Assembly: GCA_017387685.1 (NCBI GenBank)
Contig: JAFOEU010000055.1
Coordinates: forward strand, 89,989-153,988
Length of the DNA: 64,000 nt
Direction: 5' to 3'
From: Clostridia bacterium
Lineage (GTDB): Bacteria > Bacillota > Clostridia > Oscillospirales > CAG-272
The notes under the pieces were generated by a model that was given only the letters and a program-made list of their open reading frames with translations, had not been told where the DNA came from and searched no databases. Each line of letters starts with the position of its first letter. Within the stretch, counting starts at the first letter, position 1. Of this stretch, positions 34,698-43,779 are shown in pieces. Made by a program: the position numbers and the translations under genes.

Positions 34698-35375
34698 ATG
34701 AAAAATCCTACACATTCCGCGCGCCGATTTCGCACTGCTGCATTTCTCACCTGCGCTTTGATCACGCTTTTGCTCATTTGCTTTCTCATTTTTTCGCTGA
34801 AATGGAACTCATTCTCAACCGATCCGATCTATTCGTCGGTTTTTCGTCTGCACATCCGCGCAAATTCCGATTCGGAGACGGATCAGGCACTCAAGCTCCA
34901 AGTCCGCGACGAGCTTTTGCCGTTCACGGCGGAGATTTTTGCCGAATGTAACGGTCTCGACGATGCCGTGTGCGTGGCAAATGACGAAAAGGATGCCATC
35001 ACCGATCATATAAACTCAACGCTTGCAAGCCTCGGATCCGATTATACGGCAAACGTTCGCATCGGTCGCGAAGAATTTCCCGAGCGCAACTACGGCGGTG
35101 AGATCTACCCCGCGGGCGAATACACCGCGTTGATCGTTGAGCTTGGTGAGGGCGAGGGACAAAACTGGTGGTGCGTGCTTTTTCCCTCGCTCTGCCTCTC
35201 GGCTGTCAAGGGTGAGGATTCGGTCGAAGCCTCGATCACGCCCGAGCAGTACGATGCAATATGCGCCCCCGCCAACAGCTCCGTTGAAACGCGCCCCGCA
35301 GATGCCGTGCCTATACCGAAATACCGCATAAAGTTCAAATTTCTCGAGCTGATCGGCGAGCTTTTTGAGAGGTAA
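34698..35375 (+). CDS. spoIIR: stage II sporulation protein R
   Basis: FRLHIRANSDSETDQALKLQVRDELL and GEGQNWWCVLFPSLCL are SpoIIR signatures. The ATG at 34698 is preferred over the TTG at 34692. Confidence 0.85.
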   Translation: MKNPTHSARRFRTAAFLTCALITLLLICFLIFSLKWNSFSTDPIYSSVFRLHIRANSDSETDQALKLQVRDELLPFTAEIFAECNGLDDAVCVANDEKDAITDHINSTLASLGSDYTANVRIGREEFPERNYGGEIYPAGEYTALIVELGEGEGQNWWCVLFPSLCLSAVKGEDSVEASITPEQYDAICAPANSSVETRPADAVPIPKYRIKFKFLELIGELFER

Positions 35376-35441
35376 GTATTGAAAAACTCTGTTTTCTGTG
35401 ATATAATAACTATATATTTTCAGAAAACAGAGGAAAAAATA

Positions 35442-36122
35442 ATGGCACACAAGAAACAGATTTCCCCCAGCCTGATGTGCGCGGATCTGCTCAATCTCGG
35501 CGCGGAGCTGAAGCTCCTTGAAAAGGCGGGCATTGAGTATCTCCACATCGACATTATGGACGGCGTTTACGTCCCCAACTACACCCTCGGAACCGATTTT
35601 GTAAAGCGCGTCAAGGCGGCAACGAGCATTCCGCTTGATATCCACATGATGGTAGAGCATCCCGGCTCGAAGCTCGATTGGTTCGAGTTCGGCGAGGGCG
35701 ACTACGTCTGCTTACATATCGAATCCGAGCCCCACATCCAGCGCGCGCTTCAGGCGATCAAGGCACGCGGCGCAAAGCCGATGGTGGCACTCAACCCCGG
35801 CACACCCATCACCGCGATCGAGGAGCTTCTTGACGTTATCGACGGCGTGCTTATTATGACCGTAAATCCCGGATTTGCGGGTCAGAAGCTCGTTCCCTCC
35901 ACCCTTTCGAAGATCACCCGTATGCGCGAGTACCTTGACGCGCACGGCTATCCCGATATCGAGATCGAGGTCGACGGCAACGTAAGCTTTGAAAATGCAA
36001 AGCTTATGACCGAGGCGGGCGCGGACATATTTGTCGCGGGCACCTCCTCCATCTACGCCAAGGGCGGCGATATGTTCGCAAACGCGGAGAAGCTCCGTGC
36101 GATCATTAACGGCAAAGAGTGA
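35442..36122 (+). CDS. ribulose-phosphate 3-epimerase family protein (Rpe/AlsE-like)
   Basis: ISPSLMCADLLNLGAELKLLEKAGIEYLHIDIMDGVYVPN, MTVNPGFAGQ. Trimmed to the ATG at 35442. Confidence 0.8.
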   Translation: MAHKKQISPSLMCADLLNLGAELKLLEKAGIEYLHIDIMDGVYVPNYTLGTDFVKRVKAATSIPLDIHMMVEHPGSKLDWFEFGEGDYVCLHIESEPHIQRALQAIKARGAKPMVALNPGTPITAIEELLDVIDGVLIMTVNPGFAGQKLVPSTLSKITRMREYLDAHGYPDIEIEVDGNVSFENAKLMTEAGADIFVAGTSSIYAKGGDMFANAEKLRAIINGKE

Positions 36123-36132
36123 TTTTAATAAC

Positions 36133-36168
36133 AAAAAATCCGGCTTGCAGGACGTAAGCCGGATTTTT
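36133..36168. terminator. bidirectional terminator
   Basis: AAAAAATCCGGCTTGCAGGACGTAAGCCGGATTTTT. Confidence 0.8.
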
Positions 36169-36170
36169 CT

Positions 36171-36776
36171 TTATAAAATTCCAAGTTTATTAAGTTCTTC
36201 GCGCAAGCACTCGGTCGTTGTAAACTGATGCGCGCGGAGTCCGCATTCGCGGGCGGCTTCGATGTTGAGCCCGAGATCGTCGACAAAGTAGGATTCCTCT
36301 GCCTTCAGATTATAGCGGTCAAGCATCAGCGGAAACGCCGTCCGCTCACGCTTGCGGGAGTGAAGCTCGTAGGAAACGCCTCTGCCGTCGAAGATCTGGA
36401 AGAAGTCGGCGAATTTTCCCCAATTGTATTCAAAACATTCGGGATAATCGGAAAGCAGATAAATTCCGTAGCCCTTCGCCTTCAGCTCCGCAAGAAGCTC
36501 GGGAATGCCCGCAATCATCGTATGATGGCGATACCATTCGTCAAAATAGCGGAGTCCGAGCTCACAGTCGCTATCATCAAGCGAGGCTTTGAGCCTTGAC
36601 TTGACCGTCTCTCCGTCGATCTCGCCGCGGTCGTAGACCGCCCATTCAGGAAGCAGAAACATCGCGCGGTGGATGCGCATTGCGCGTTCCTCATCCCCCG
36701 CCGCTTCGCGAAGCCAATCGAGTCCGCCAAAGCGCATAAGCGTGTCCGAGTAGTCGAAAATCAGATTTTTTATCAT
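36171..36776 (-). CDS. HAD-superfamily hydrolase
   Basis: The N-terminal motif IFDYSDTL is present. The protein is 201 aa. Confidence 0.7.
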   Translation of the reverse strand: MIKNLIFDYSDTLMRFGGLDWLREAAGDEERAMRIHRAMFLLPEWAVYDRGEIDGETVKSRLKASLDDSDCELGLRYFDEWYRHHTMIAGIPELLAELKAKGYGIYLLSDYPECFEYNWGKFADFFQIFDGRGVSYELHSRKRERTAFPLMLDRYNLKAEESYFVDDLGLNIEAARECGLRAHQFTTTECLREELNKLGIL

Positions 36777-38158
36777 TTTTTAGCCTTTTTCTTAAAGATC
36801 TTGCTTCTGAAAAGTAGGATATTCATTCCGGCAAAGAAGAGAACGAAGATGATGAAAACGAGGTAGGGCTTTGTGGGCGCGAGGGTTGCAAGGAACATCA
36901 TAGGGAATCCGAAGACGATCGCGGGGAAATTCTGGTATACCATATTATCCGACGCGGGGGTCTTGAATTCGCCGTCGATCTCACGAAGGAGGATTATACC
37001 CGTGCTCGCCGTGCCCGTCAGCATACCGTACATCATAAGGAACTGCTCCTCGTAATAGTCGGGGAAGAGCTTCTTCGCAATTATGCGGTTATAGATAAAG
37101 GTTGAAATCGCTCCGATTGCGCCGATAATGAGGATGATACCCCAAGAGCTCTCGAGAATGTCAAGTCTGATAGCCGCAACTCCCGCAACGACCATAAGGT
37201 CAAAGAAGAAATTCGACGCGCGGGTCATAAGGAAGTTGTTGGTGTATCTGCGGTGAATGATCTGCTTTTTGTGCAGAAAATTCATAACGAGCTTGATTAT
37301 GGTTGCGGTAAGTACGCCGAGGAGGAAGTTGAAGCCGTAAATGACCGATCTCATACCCGGAAGCAGATTTCCGAGCAGGAACATAAGCAGATAGGTTGCA
37401 ACGTAAGCCACGATGATGAGCGCGACCTGAACGGTGAACTTATCGATACTCTCCTGAAGCGGAATTTCTCCCTCGGGATCGACCTCTTCGGAGTGCGTGC
37501 TTCCGTCCGAACGCTTCGAAAGAACTATTCTGCCCCTCTTTTTCATAACGTTGAGGTGGACGACTCCGCCGATAGATGCGGAAAGGAATCCGAGCGCCGC
37601 GATAGTCAGACCAAAGCTCTTGCCGCCGACAAATCCGTGCTCGACCTCATAGATCGTGCCGTAGTTGAGCGCCTGACCCGTACCCTGACCGTAACCGAAG
37701 GGGAGAAGCACGCCTGCAGCCGCAAAGAAATCCTTGATAATGAAGGTACAAAGGATAGTGATTCCAAGTCCGAGTATACCCTGAAGCAGGTAGGTCGAAA
37801 CCGTTGTTACACCCGTGTTGAATATCTCGACCGAGCGTTTCTTTGTCAATTTTGAATTAGTCGTTTTGAATGACGATGCAATAAATCCGAGTGCCAGCGC
37901 GTGATATGTAATGACCTCAAGATGCGCTGTGCCGTTTGTGCCGAATGCCGCAGTGTCAAACATAACCTCGCCGGTTATTGCCTTATAGATCGCGGCAACG
38001 ATCAGAAGGATGATACCACCGATGACGGACGTAGGAGTCAGAGAGTCGCGAAGGAAGGGGATGCTGCGCTTGAGCATATTGCCCACGAGAAGGCTTCCGA
38101 GGAGCACCGCGAAGGTGTTGATCCAAGCCCATACACTAAAGTCCCAAAAATTGCTCAT
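36773..38158 (-). CDS. polytopic transporter, sodium/glutamate symporter (GltS/ESS)-like
   Basis: A 461-aa protein with about 10-12 hydrophobic segments. The family assignment is from memory of N-terminal similarity. Confidence 0.5.
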   Translation of the reverse strand: MSNFWDFSVWAWINTFAVLLGSLLVGNMLKRSIPFLRDSLTPTSVIGGIILLIVAAIYKAITGEVMFDTAAFGTNGTAHLEVITYHALALGFIASSFKTTNSKLTKKRSVEIFNTGVTTVSTYLLQGILGLGITILCTFIIKDFFAAAGVLLPFGYGQGTGQALNYGTIYEVEHGFVGGKSFGLTIAALGFLSASIGGVVHLNVMKKRGRIVLSKRSDGSTHSEEVDPEGEIPLQESIDKFTVQVALIIVAYVATYLLMFLLGNLLPGMRSVIYGFNFLLGVLTATIIKLVMNFLHKKQIIHRRYTNNFLMTRASNFFFDLMVVAGVAAIRLDILESSWGIILIIGAIGAISTFIYNRIIAKKLFPDYYEEQFLMMYGMLTGTASTGIILLREIDGEFKTPASDNMVYQNFPAIVFGFPMMFLATLAPTKPYLVFIIFVLFFAGMNILLFRSKIFKKKAKK

Positions 38159-39356
38159 TTTCGTCTCCTTTGGTTATGTTTTTATATCTGTGATAGATAT
38201 GTACGTATTTCAGCGCGTTGAAGCGTTTCGAGCCCTTGAGCTGATAGATCTTTCCGCCGTGGTAGATATTTGCCTTATTCTTACCGAGGACGGTGACTGC
38301 TGTCGTTTCGTCAAAGGGAAATTCGAGATCGACTCCCTCTCCGCGTGCCGTTATGCGGTTTCCGCAGAGAGTGATCTCGGCATCCTCGCAGAGCGGGACC
38401 TTGCGATCGTAAACGATAACCTCGGAGATACGCGCGCGGTCGGTGTAGATAGCATCCGAGCCGTATGCAGTGATATCGAGTGAGTTCATAAAGTCCTTTT
38501 GCGCATCGTACCAATTTGCAATAAACTTGAAGGGGAACTCAAATCCCACGCCCTCAAGCGTTTTGTTGGGAAGATATCTGATCTCGCGGTTACATTTCTT
38601 ACATTTAATTATATCGTCGTGGCTCTCAAACTCGGAAAGACCGCAATAGGGGCAGTAGTAGACCGCGCGCTCAAGATATTCGGCGAGCTTTTTGTGCTTG
38701 TATTCAAAATCCTCGCAAGCCTCGTCGATGTAAAGCGTGTCGCGGATGACGGCAAAAAGCTCGTCGTCGGTCATATTCGCATATTCCTCGGGCTGAACGG
38801 CGCGAGCGCAGTAAACCTTTATGTTGCCCTTGCGCACAACGTCACTCCAGCGCGGCTCGCTTCCGTAGCCGCCCTCGATGCGGTAGAGCAGAATCGGCAT
38901 GCCGAGCTTGCGGGCAAGCGAAACGATAGAGGGGTTCATATACTCGGTTCGTCCGCTGTAGGTGCGGTTGCCCTCGGGAGCGATGCAGATCGATCCGCCC
39001 TCCTTGGCTACCTTCAGGCAGTTGAGGATCGCGCGGATGTCCGTGGTCTGCTTCTTGATCGGGATCGGCGCGACAAGGTATTTGATCACCTTGGAGATCC
39101 ATCCGTTTGAGAAGATATCCTCGGTTGCCATATAGTAGACGGTTCCCTTCAGTGTCATACCGACGAAGAACTGGTCAAAGGGGGTCTGATGGTTGAGCAG
39201 AATGAGGTAGGGACGCTTTTCCTGCTCCTTGTATTTTTCTATCTTGATGCCGTACTTGAAATGAACGTAGGGTCTGACGATACAGTAAGCGATGTTCCGC
39301 ACGGCAAGATGCCGCCATTTACACCATTTTGTATCCTTTTTCTTCTTGTTCTTCAT
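38136..39356 (-). CDS. PlsC-type acyltransferase with a C-terminal zinc-ribbon-containing domain
   Basis: Acyltransferase motif LLNHQTPFDQ (HX4D). It also contains CPYCG...CKKC. Trimmed to the ATG at 39356. Confidence 0.7.
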   Translation of the reverse strand: MKNKKKKDTKWCKWRHLAVRNIAYCIVRPYVHFKYGIKIEKYKEQEKRPYLILLNHQTPFDQFFVGMTLKGTVYYMATEDIFSNGWISKVIKYLVAPIPIKKQTTDIRAILNCLKVAKEGGSICIAPEGNRTYSGRTEYMNPSIVSLARKLGMPILLYRIEGGYGSEPRWSDVVRKGNIKVYCARAVQPEEYANMTDDELFAVIRDTLYIDEACEDFEYKHKKLAEYLERAVYYCPYCGLSEFESHDDIIKCKKCNREIRYLPNKTLEGVGFEFPFKFIANWYDAQKDFMNSLDITAYGSDAIYTDRARISEVIVYDRKVPLCEDAEITLCGNRITARGEGVDLEFPFDETTAVTVLGKNKANIYHGGKIYQLKGSKRFNALKYVHIYHRYKNITKGDENEQFLGL

Positions 39357-39530
39357 ACTAACTCCAAACTTTATAATTAATAATATTATATAACATTTTC
39401 CCGCAATTGTCAAGAAAAACCGAATTTATGAATTATTATCACGAATTGTTGACCTATTTTGAGCTGAAAATATAGATTTTACGGTAAAAATGTGGTATAA
39501 TTGATTCAATATCAACTATGGAGCAAAATC

Positions 39531-41285
39531 ATGCATTCTATAAAACAGTCAATGCGGCGTCCCGCGAGGACTCTGCTCGGAATATTACTTATAACTCTCG
39601 CCGCGGCGGTGCTTTGCGTCTGCCTCGGACAGAGTCTTGCGGCGGGAGCGACGGACAGCCTGCTCGATGAAAAGTACCTCACCGTCGCATTCCCCTCCGA
39701 CCTCTACTCCCCCGAGGCACACGAATGGGCAGTTGCATACGCGGCAGAGCATCCCGAAATTATCAAGGAAATACGTTCCTCGGTCCTCGCATCGGCATAT
39801 ATTCAGAGTCTGGAGCACGAAAACTTCACCACACGCCTTCACTACACCGATGAGGACGGCGTGCGCGATATTTCCTACGCCCCTTTTGACCGAGCGGTAT
39901 TTGAAATCGAAGTAAAAGATATTGAAAAAGCGGGGACCGTTGTAGGCGAGATCATTTCGGTTATCGCGCTTGAAGACGGCTATTCCGATCCAACGGGATT
40001 TACGGTCAGATTTTCTTTGGAAAACGAGCTGACCGTCGGTGCGCATTACCTTGTTTCGACGGCGAATTACGTTGATCTCGACTATGTGCTCCGAAATTCG
40101 CTCTCGCAAAAGAAGCGTATCGAGCTTTTTCCCGCCTTCGATCACGAAAAGATCGAAATGCGCAGACAAGGCGCAAGGATAAAATACGGTCACCTTTTCA
40201 CAATGATATCCGATCAGGATCTCGAATACTACCGCCATGCGGAGTTCGAATGCGGTCCTATAGCTCCAAAGCAACTGGACTCTTCCGCAGAAGCGGCAAT
40301 CCTGAATTCGGAATGGGCAAAATACATTTCCGATCTTGAAATTTCCTATAATACCTTCCCCACCGTTGGCGTCGATTCCCTCGACGATCTCGCGCATTTC
40401 GCACGCGGCGGCGCGATGATCACAAGCGGACGAGCCTTTAGCGATGCCGAAACTGCAGACGGCGAGAAGGTCTGCATCATTTCCGAGGAGCTTGCGCTTC
40501 GCAACTCGCTTAAAATCGGCGATCGGATCGACGTCGCCTACTATCCAACTCCCGACGGCGAGCAATTCAACCCCGCCAATCCCGCTCCCGCGGTTTACGG
40601 CGGCGATGAGATCTGCGAAGCTATCTCCTATGAGATCGTCGGAATATACCGCAAGGGCGACCCTTGGGCGGTTACCGATTATCAAAATTTCACTCCGAAC
40701 ACGATTTTCGTACCTAAAAATTCGATAAATGCGCCCTATGCCGAGCCCGTCGGCGGTCTTTTCACCCTTTTTGTCCTTGAAAACGGTACTATGGAAGCTT
40801 TTGCACACGACGTGGCAGAGGCGGGATTTGACGAATACCTTTTCTTTGATGACAACGGATGGAGCGATATGCAACGCGGTATTTCGGAATACGGCGAGAG
40901 CGCAAACAAGATCGTTCCGCTCGGATTCGCCGTATGGAGCGTTGTTATTGCGCTGTTTCTGCTGCTCTACCCTGCGCGGCTCGGACGAGAGCTTGACACG
41001 ATGGATTCGCTTGGAGCCACGCGTGTCGGCAGAATCGGATTCGTGCTTTCATCATCCTCGATCATCCTTTTCGCGGGCAGTGTCCTTGGCTTCGGTGCCG
41101 GACTTCTGCTTTGGGATGTAGTCACCGCATTTCTTACCGCTTCGATAGACGGAGGACTCTCCCTCGGCGCATCGCTTACGGATTTTCTCGCGATAAGTGC
41201 GGCGCAATTTGCTATCGCGATCATCGCAGTTGCGATCCTATCCGTGCCGCTCACCCACTCGCGCGGACTCAAGCGCAGAAAGTGA
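39531..41285 (+). CDS. ABC transporter permease, FtsX/MacB-like
   Basis: N-terminal TM helix, a large extracytoplasmic domain and C-terminal FtsX-type helices. Trimmed to the ATG at 39531, which has a GGAG RBS. The promoter has the extended -10 TGGTATAAT (about 39493-39501). Confidence 0.75.
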   Translation: MHSIKQSMRRPARTLLGILLITLAAAVLCVCLGQSLAAGATDSLLDEKYLTVAFPSDLYSPEAHEWAVAYAAEHPEIIKEIRSSVLASAYIQSLEHENFTTRLHYTDEDGVRDISYAPFDRAVFEIEVKDIEKAGTVVGEIISVIALEDGYSDPTGFTVRFSLENELTVGAHYLVSTANYVDLDYVLRNSLSQKKRIELFPAFDHEKIEMRRQGARIKYGHLFTMISDQDLEYYRHAEFECGPIAPKQLDSSAEAAILNSEWAKYISDLEISYNTFPTVGVDSLDDLAHFARGGAMITSGRAFSDAETADGEKVCIISEELALRNSLKIGDRIDVAYYPTPDGEQFNPANPAPAVYGGDEICEAISYEIVGIYRKGDPWAVTDYQNFTPNTIFVPKNSINAPYAEPVGGLFTLFVLENGTMEAFAHDVAEAGFDEYLFFDDNGWSDMQRGISEYGESANKIVPLGFAVWSVVIALFLLLYPARLGRELDTMDSLGATRVGRIGFVLSSSSIILFAGSVLGFGAGLLLWDVVTAFLTASIDGGLSLGASLTDFLAISAAQFAIAIIAVAILSVPLTHSRGLKRRK

Positions 41286-41293
41286 GGCGAAAA

Positions 41294-42547
41294 ATGTTTA
41301 CCTATATTATTAAAAGACTCAAAAAAGGCGGACTTGCCACCTTTGGCGCATTCTTTTTCGCCGCGTTGATGACCTTTTCGCTCTGCGGACTCAGCGCCGC
41401 GGGCGAGGCAGAGATCAAAAAATACGAGGAAGCCTACAATACCCTCCCCGTCACGATGACGGTCACGAGCCTGACGGGCATCCGCCGCGACGGTCTTGAG
41501 ATCCCCTCTTGGGGCGTGAATGTCTTCAGCGATCCGTCAATTAAGAATCTCGTCAAGGACGTTGAGATCAAAATGACTCTTTCGGCGGGCGCGGACGGCG
41601 TGAAAGCCGCAAATACGGGCTTCGGTGCGACCGATGATGCGGAATTTGCGCTGAACGTAAAAAAGCTGATCGGATTGACCTCCCCCGCGCTCGATGGCGA
41701 CCTCGGCGAGGACGGCGTGACCTATTACGGCAATTATGATGCTTCAATGTTTCGCGTCGAAGCCGACAACACCTACGTTTCGGGCTCGGCGGGTGAGCAA
41801 AGAGAGCCGCTTTACATCGTTATTCCGCTCGAAATCTACGAAAAAGGCTGTGCGGCGGTCAATATGACCTTTTCCTACGATGATGCATTCGATTCCTTCC
41901 CGCGCTCAACCGTCACACGCGATTTTTACGTGATGGGTACGCACACGCTCGGCGACGGCATCTATTATTGCCCCTACAACACTCTCGTTCGAATAATGAA
42001 GGACATCGGAATGCCTCGTTACGCGGATTCGCTGACGGTCACGGTCGCTGATAACCACAAGCTCGACAAGGTCAAGGAGCACACCGCCGGGTGGTTTACC
42101 AAGCCGAGCCTCACCGCCAAGCGCGTTCCTTGGAATTATTCCTACTATTATTACTACCCCTTCGCGCTTGACATTGACGAATCCGCGCTCATCCGCGCGG
42201 GCGAGGTGATGAAAACGAATATTATGATCAATAAGCTCGGCACGGCTCTCGTCTTTGCGCTCTCTGCGGGCGCGGGATTCCTCGTCGGTTTCTTGATCGT
42301 CAACCGCCGAAAGCGCGAGATCATGCTGATGCGCACGATGGGCATGCCCGACCGAAGCGTTTTCCGCGATCTTTTCCTCGAGCAAGGACTTTGCTCCCTC
42401 GCGGGCGGACTCTTCGGCGGAGCCTTCTTCCTCTGGCATCCGCCGCTCAGGATAGCGCTCTTTTTGCTCCTCAATTACGCAGGACTTGCGCTGTCGCTTG
42501 TGATCTTCTTGAAGAAGAATCTCCTCACTGCGATAAAAGAAGACTGA
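41294..42547 (+). CDS. second FtsX-like ABC permease
   Basis: ORF 41111..42547 is trimmed to the ATG at 41294, which has a GAGG RBS. The C-terminus has REIMLMRTMGMP followed by TM helices. Confidence 0.7.
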   Translation: MFTYIIKRLKKGGLATFGAFFFAALMTFSLCGLSAAGEAEIKKYEEAYNTLPVTMTVTSLTGIRRDGLEIPSWGVNVFSDPSIKNLVKDVEIKMTLSAGADGVKAANTGFGATDDAEFALNVKKLIGLTSPALDGDLGEDGVTYYGNYDASMFRVEADNTYVSGSAGEQREPLYIVIPLEIYEKGCAAVNMTFSYDDAFDSFPRSTVTRDFYVMGTHTLGDGIYYCPYNTLVRIMKDIGMPRYADSLTVTVADNHKLDKVKEHTAGWFTKPSLTAKRVPWNYSYYYYYPFALDIDESALIRAGEVMKTNIMINKLGTALVFALSAGAGFLVGFLIVNRRKREIMLMRTMGMPDRSVFRDLFLEQGLCSLAGGLFGGAFFLWHPPLRIALFLLLNYAGLALSLVIFLKKNLLTAIKED

Positions 42548-42548
42548 C

Positions 42549-43058
42549 CGAGATCGGGTTAATCTCGCTTCGCTCGAGTTATAATCCGCCTTCGGCGGAG
42601 TGATAATCGCCTTGCGGCGAGTGATAATTTGCCTTCGGCAAAATGAAGGTAGATTTTCGCCGAGGCGAAAATCTTTGATTTAAATAATAAGCGATGTTAC
42701 AAATAAGCCTTCCCCGGCGGGGAAGGTGGCAGCCCTTGCGGCTGCCGGATGAGGGGATCGCCGTCTGTACCGCAGACACGACAAGCGTATATGCATTTTC
42801 ATATAATTGAAAATTTCCGCCTCGGCGGAAATTCACCTTTATTTTTCGCGCAGCGAAAATTATCATTCTCGCGAAGCGAGATTATCATTTTGCCGAAGGC
42901 AGATTATCACTCGCCGCAAGGCGATTATCACTCCGCCGAAGGCGGATTATCACTCGAGCAAAGCGAGATTATCACTCCGCCGAAGGCGGATTATCACTCG
43001 AGCGAAGCGAGATTATCACTCCGCCGAAGGCGGACCATCACTCGAGCGTCAGCGAGAT
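42549..43058. repeat. large foldback element inside the ABC transporter operon (3 left units, structured core, 9 right units)
   Basis: Left words start at 42577, 42599 and 42620, with the junction hairpin at 42645-42673. The right junction hairpin is at 42809-42841. Right words ATTATCAYT start at 42859, 42881, 42903, 42924, 42946, 42968, 42990, 43012 and 43034. Confidence 0.9.
42686..42790 (+). ncRNA. conserved structured motif, copy 1 (function and functional strand unknown)
   Basis: H1 is CCTTCCCC-GGC-GGGGAAGG (42708-42726). H2 is GGCAGCC-CTTGC-GGCTGCC (42728-42746). GGATGAGGGGATCGCC follows. H3 is GTCTG-TACCG-CAGAC (42763-42777). Confidence 0.4.
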
Positions 43059-43074
43059 AGAAAGGACTTCAAAA

Positions 43075-43743
43075 ATGAGCATTCAACTAAAAAACGTATC
43101 ATACAGCTACCGCGGCAAGTACCAGACCGTTCGCGCGGTGAATTCGGTCAGCTTTGATTTTGACGAGGGCAAGGTCTACGCCGTAATCGGCAAATCCGGT
43201 TCGGGAAAGACCACTCTCCTCTCGCTTATGGCGGGGCTTGATCTGCCGACCGAGGGTGATGTGATCGTTGACGGAAAATCGACCCGCAAATGGGATCGAA
43301 ACCGTATGCGCCGCGAGGCTGTCTCGGTAATTTATCAGAATTATAACCTTTTTCCGCTTTTGAGCGTAATTGAAAATATCCGCTACCCGCTTGATCTGCG
43401 CAAGGTAAAGCGCGCGAAAGCCGACGAGATTGCACGCCGTATGCGCGAGCGCGTCGAGCTTTCCGAGTCATACGACGACCGCCTCCCCGCGCATCTTTCG
43501 GGCGGTGAGCAACAGCGCGTCGCAATCGCACGCTCCCTCGCGCAGGGCAGTAAGATCATACTCGCAGACGAGCCGACGGGTAATCTTGACACCAAAAACA
43601 CCGAAAATATCGTAAATATCCTCAAAAAGCTTGCCCACGAGGACGGTGCGACCGTTATTATCGTCACACACGATCTCGCCGTCGCCGAAAAAGCCGACGT
43701 GGTTCTCCGTATGAGCGACGGTGAACTTGTTGACAAAGCTTGA
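43075..43743 (+). CDS. ABC transporter ATP-binding protein (MacB/LolD-type)
   Basis: Walker A GKSGSGKTT, signature LSGGEQQRVAIARSL, Walker B IILADEPT. Confidence 0.9.
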   Translation: MSIQLKNVSYSYRGKYQTVRAVNSVSFDFDEGKVYAVIGKSGSGKTTLLSLMAGLDLPTEGDVIVDGKSTRKWDRNRMRREAVSVIYQNYNLFPLLSVIENIRYPLDLRKVKRAKADEIARRMRERVELSESYDDRLPAHLSGGEQQRVAIARSLAQGSKIILADEPTGNLDTKNTENIVNILKKLAHEDGATVIIVTHDLAVAEKADVVLRMSDGELVDKA

Positions 43744-43779
43744 ATTTTGTGATATAATGTAGAAAATGGAGGTGAGAAT

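Noticed and set aside
42747-42777. Hammerhead-ribozyme-like words (GGATGAG ... CGAA) in the structured motif
   Set aside because: The CUGAUGA and GAAA cores are not present in the required positions relative to three helices, and the GAUGAG-like word follows two hairpins instead of lying between stems I and II. This is not a hammerhead by eye. Other ribozyme classes could not be excluded without a covariance-model search.
42946-42990. Resemblance of TATCACTCCGCC units to the lambda operator half-site TATCACCGC
   Set aside because: The words are direct repeats and not dyad-symmetric, and no cI/Cro-like gene is nearby. The resemblance is probably coincidental.
42859-43056. The 21-23-bp periodic arrays considered as CRISPR arrays
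   Set aside because: The period is far too short. The 'spacers' are 13-nt hairpins drawn from two or three recurring sequences. The arrays occur as inverted arms, and no cas genes or leader are present.
42579-43157. ORFs in the track that run through the repeat arrays (42579..42866 -, 42749..43060 +, 42807..43157 +). Similar ones occur at 22992..23267, 34426..34695, 52392..52682 and 52492..52698. They give peptides such as ...ADYHSPQGDYHSAEGGLS...
   Set aside because: Their periodic amino-acid pattern is just the translation of 22-bp DNA repeats. They lack an RBS and overlap each other in several frames. The same DNA occurs in both orientations elsewhere.
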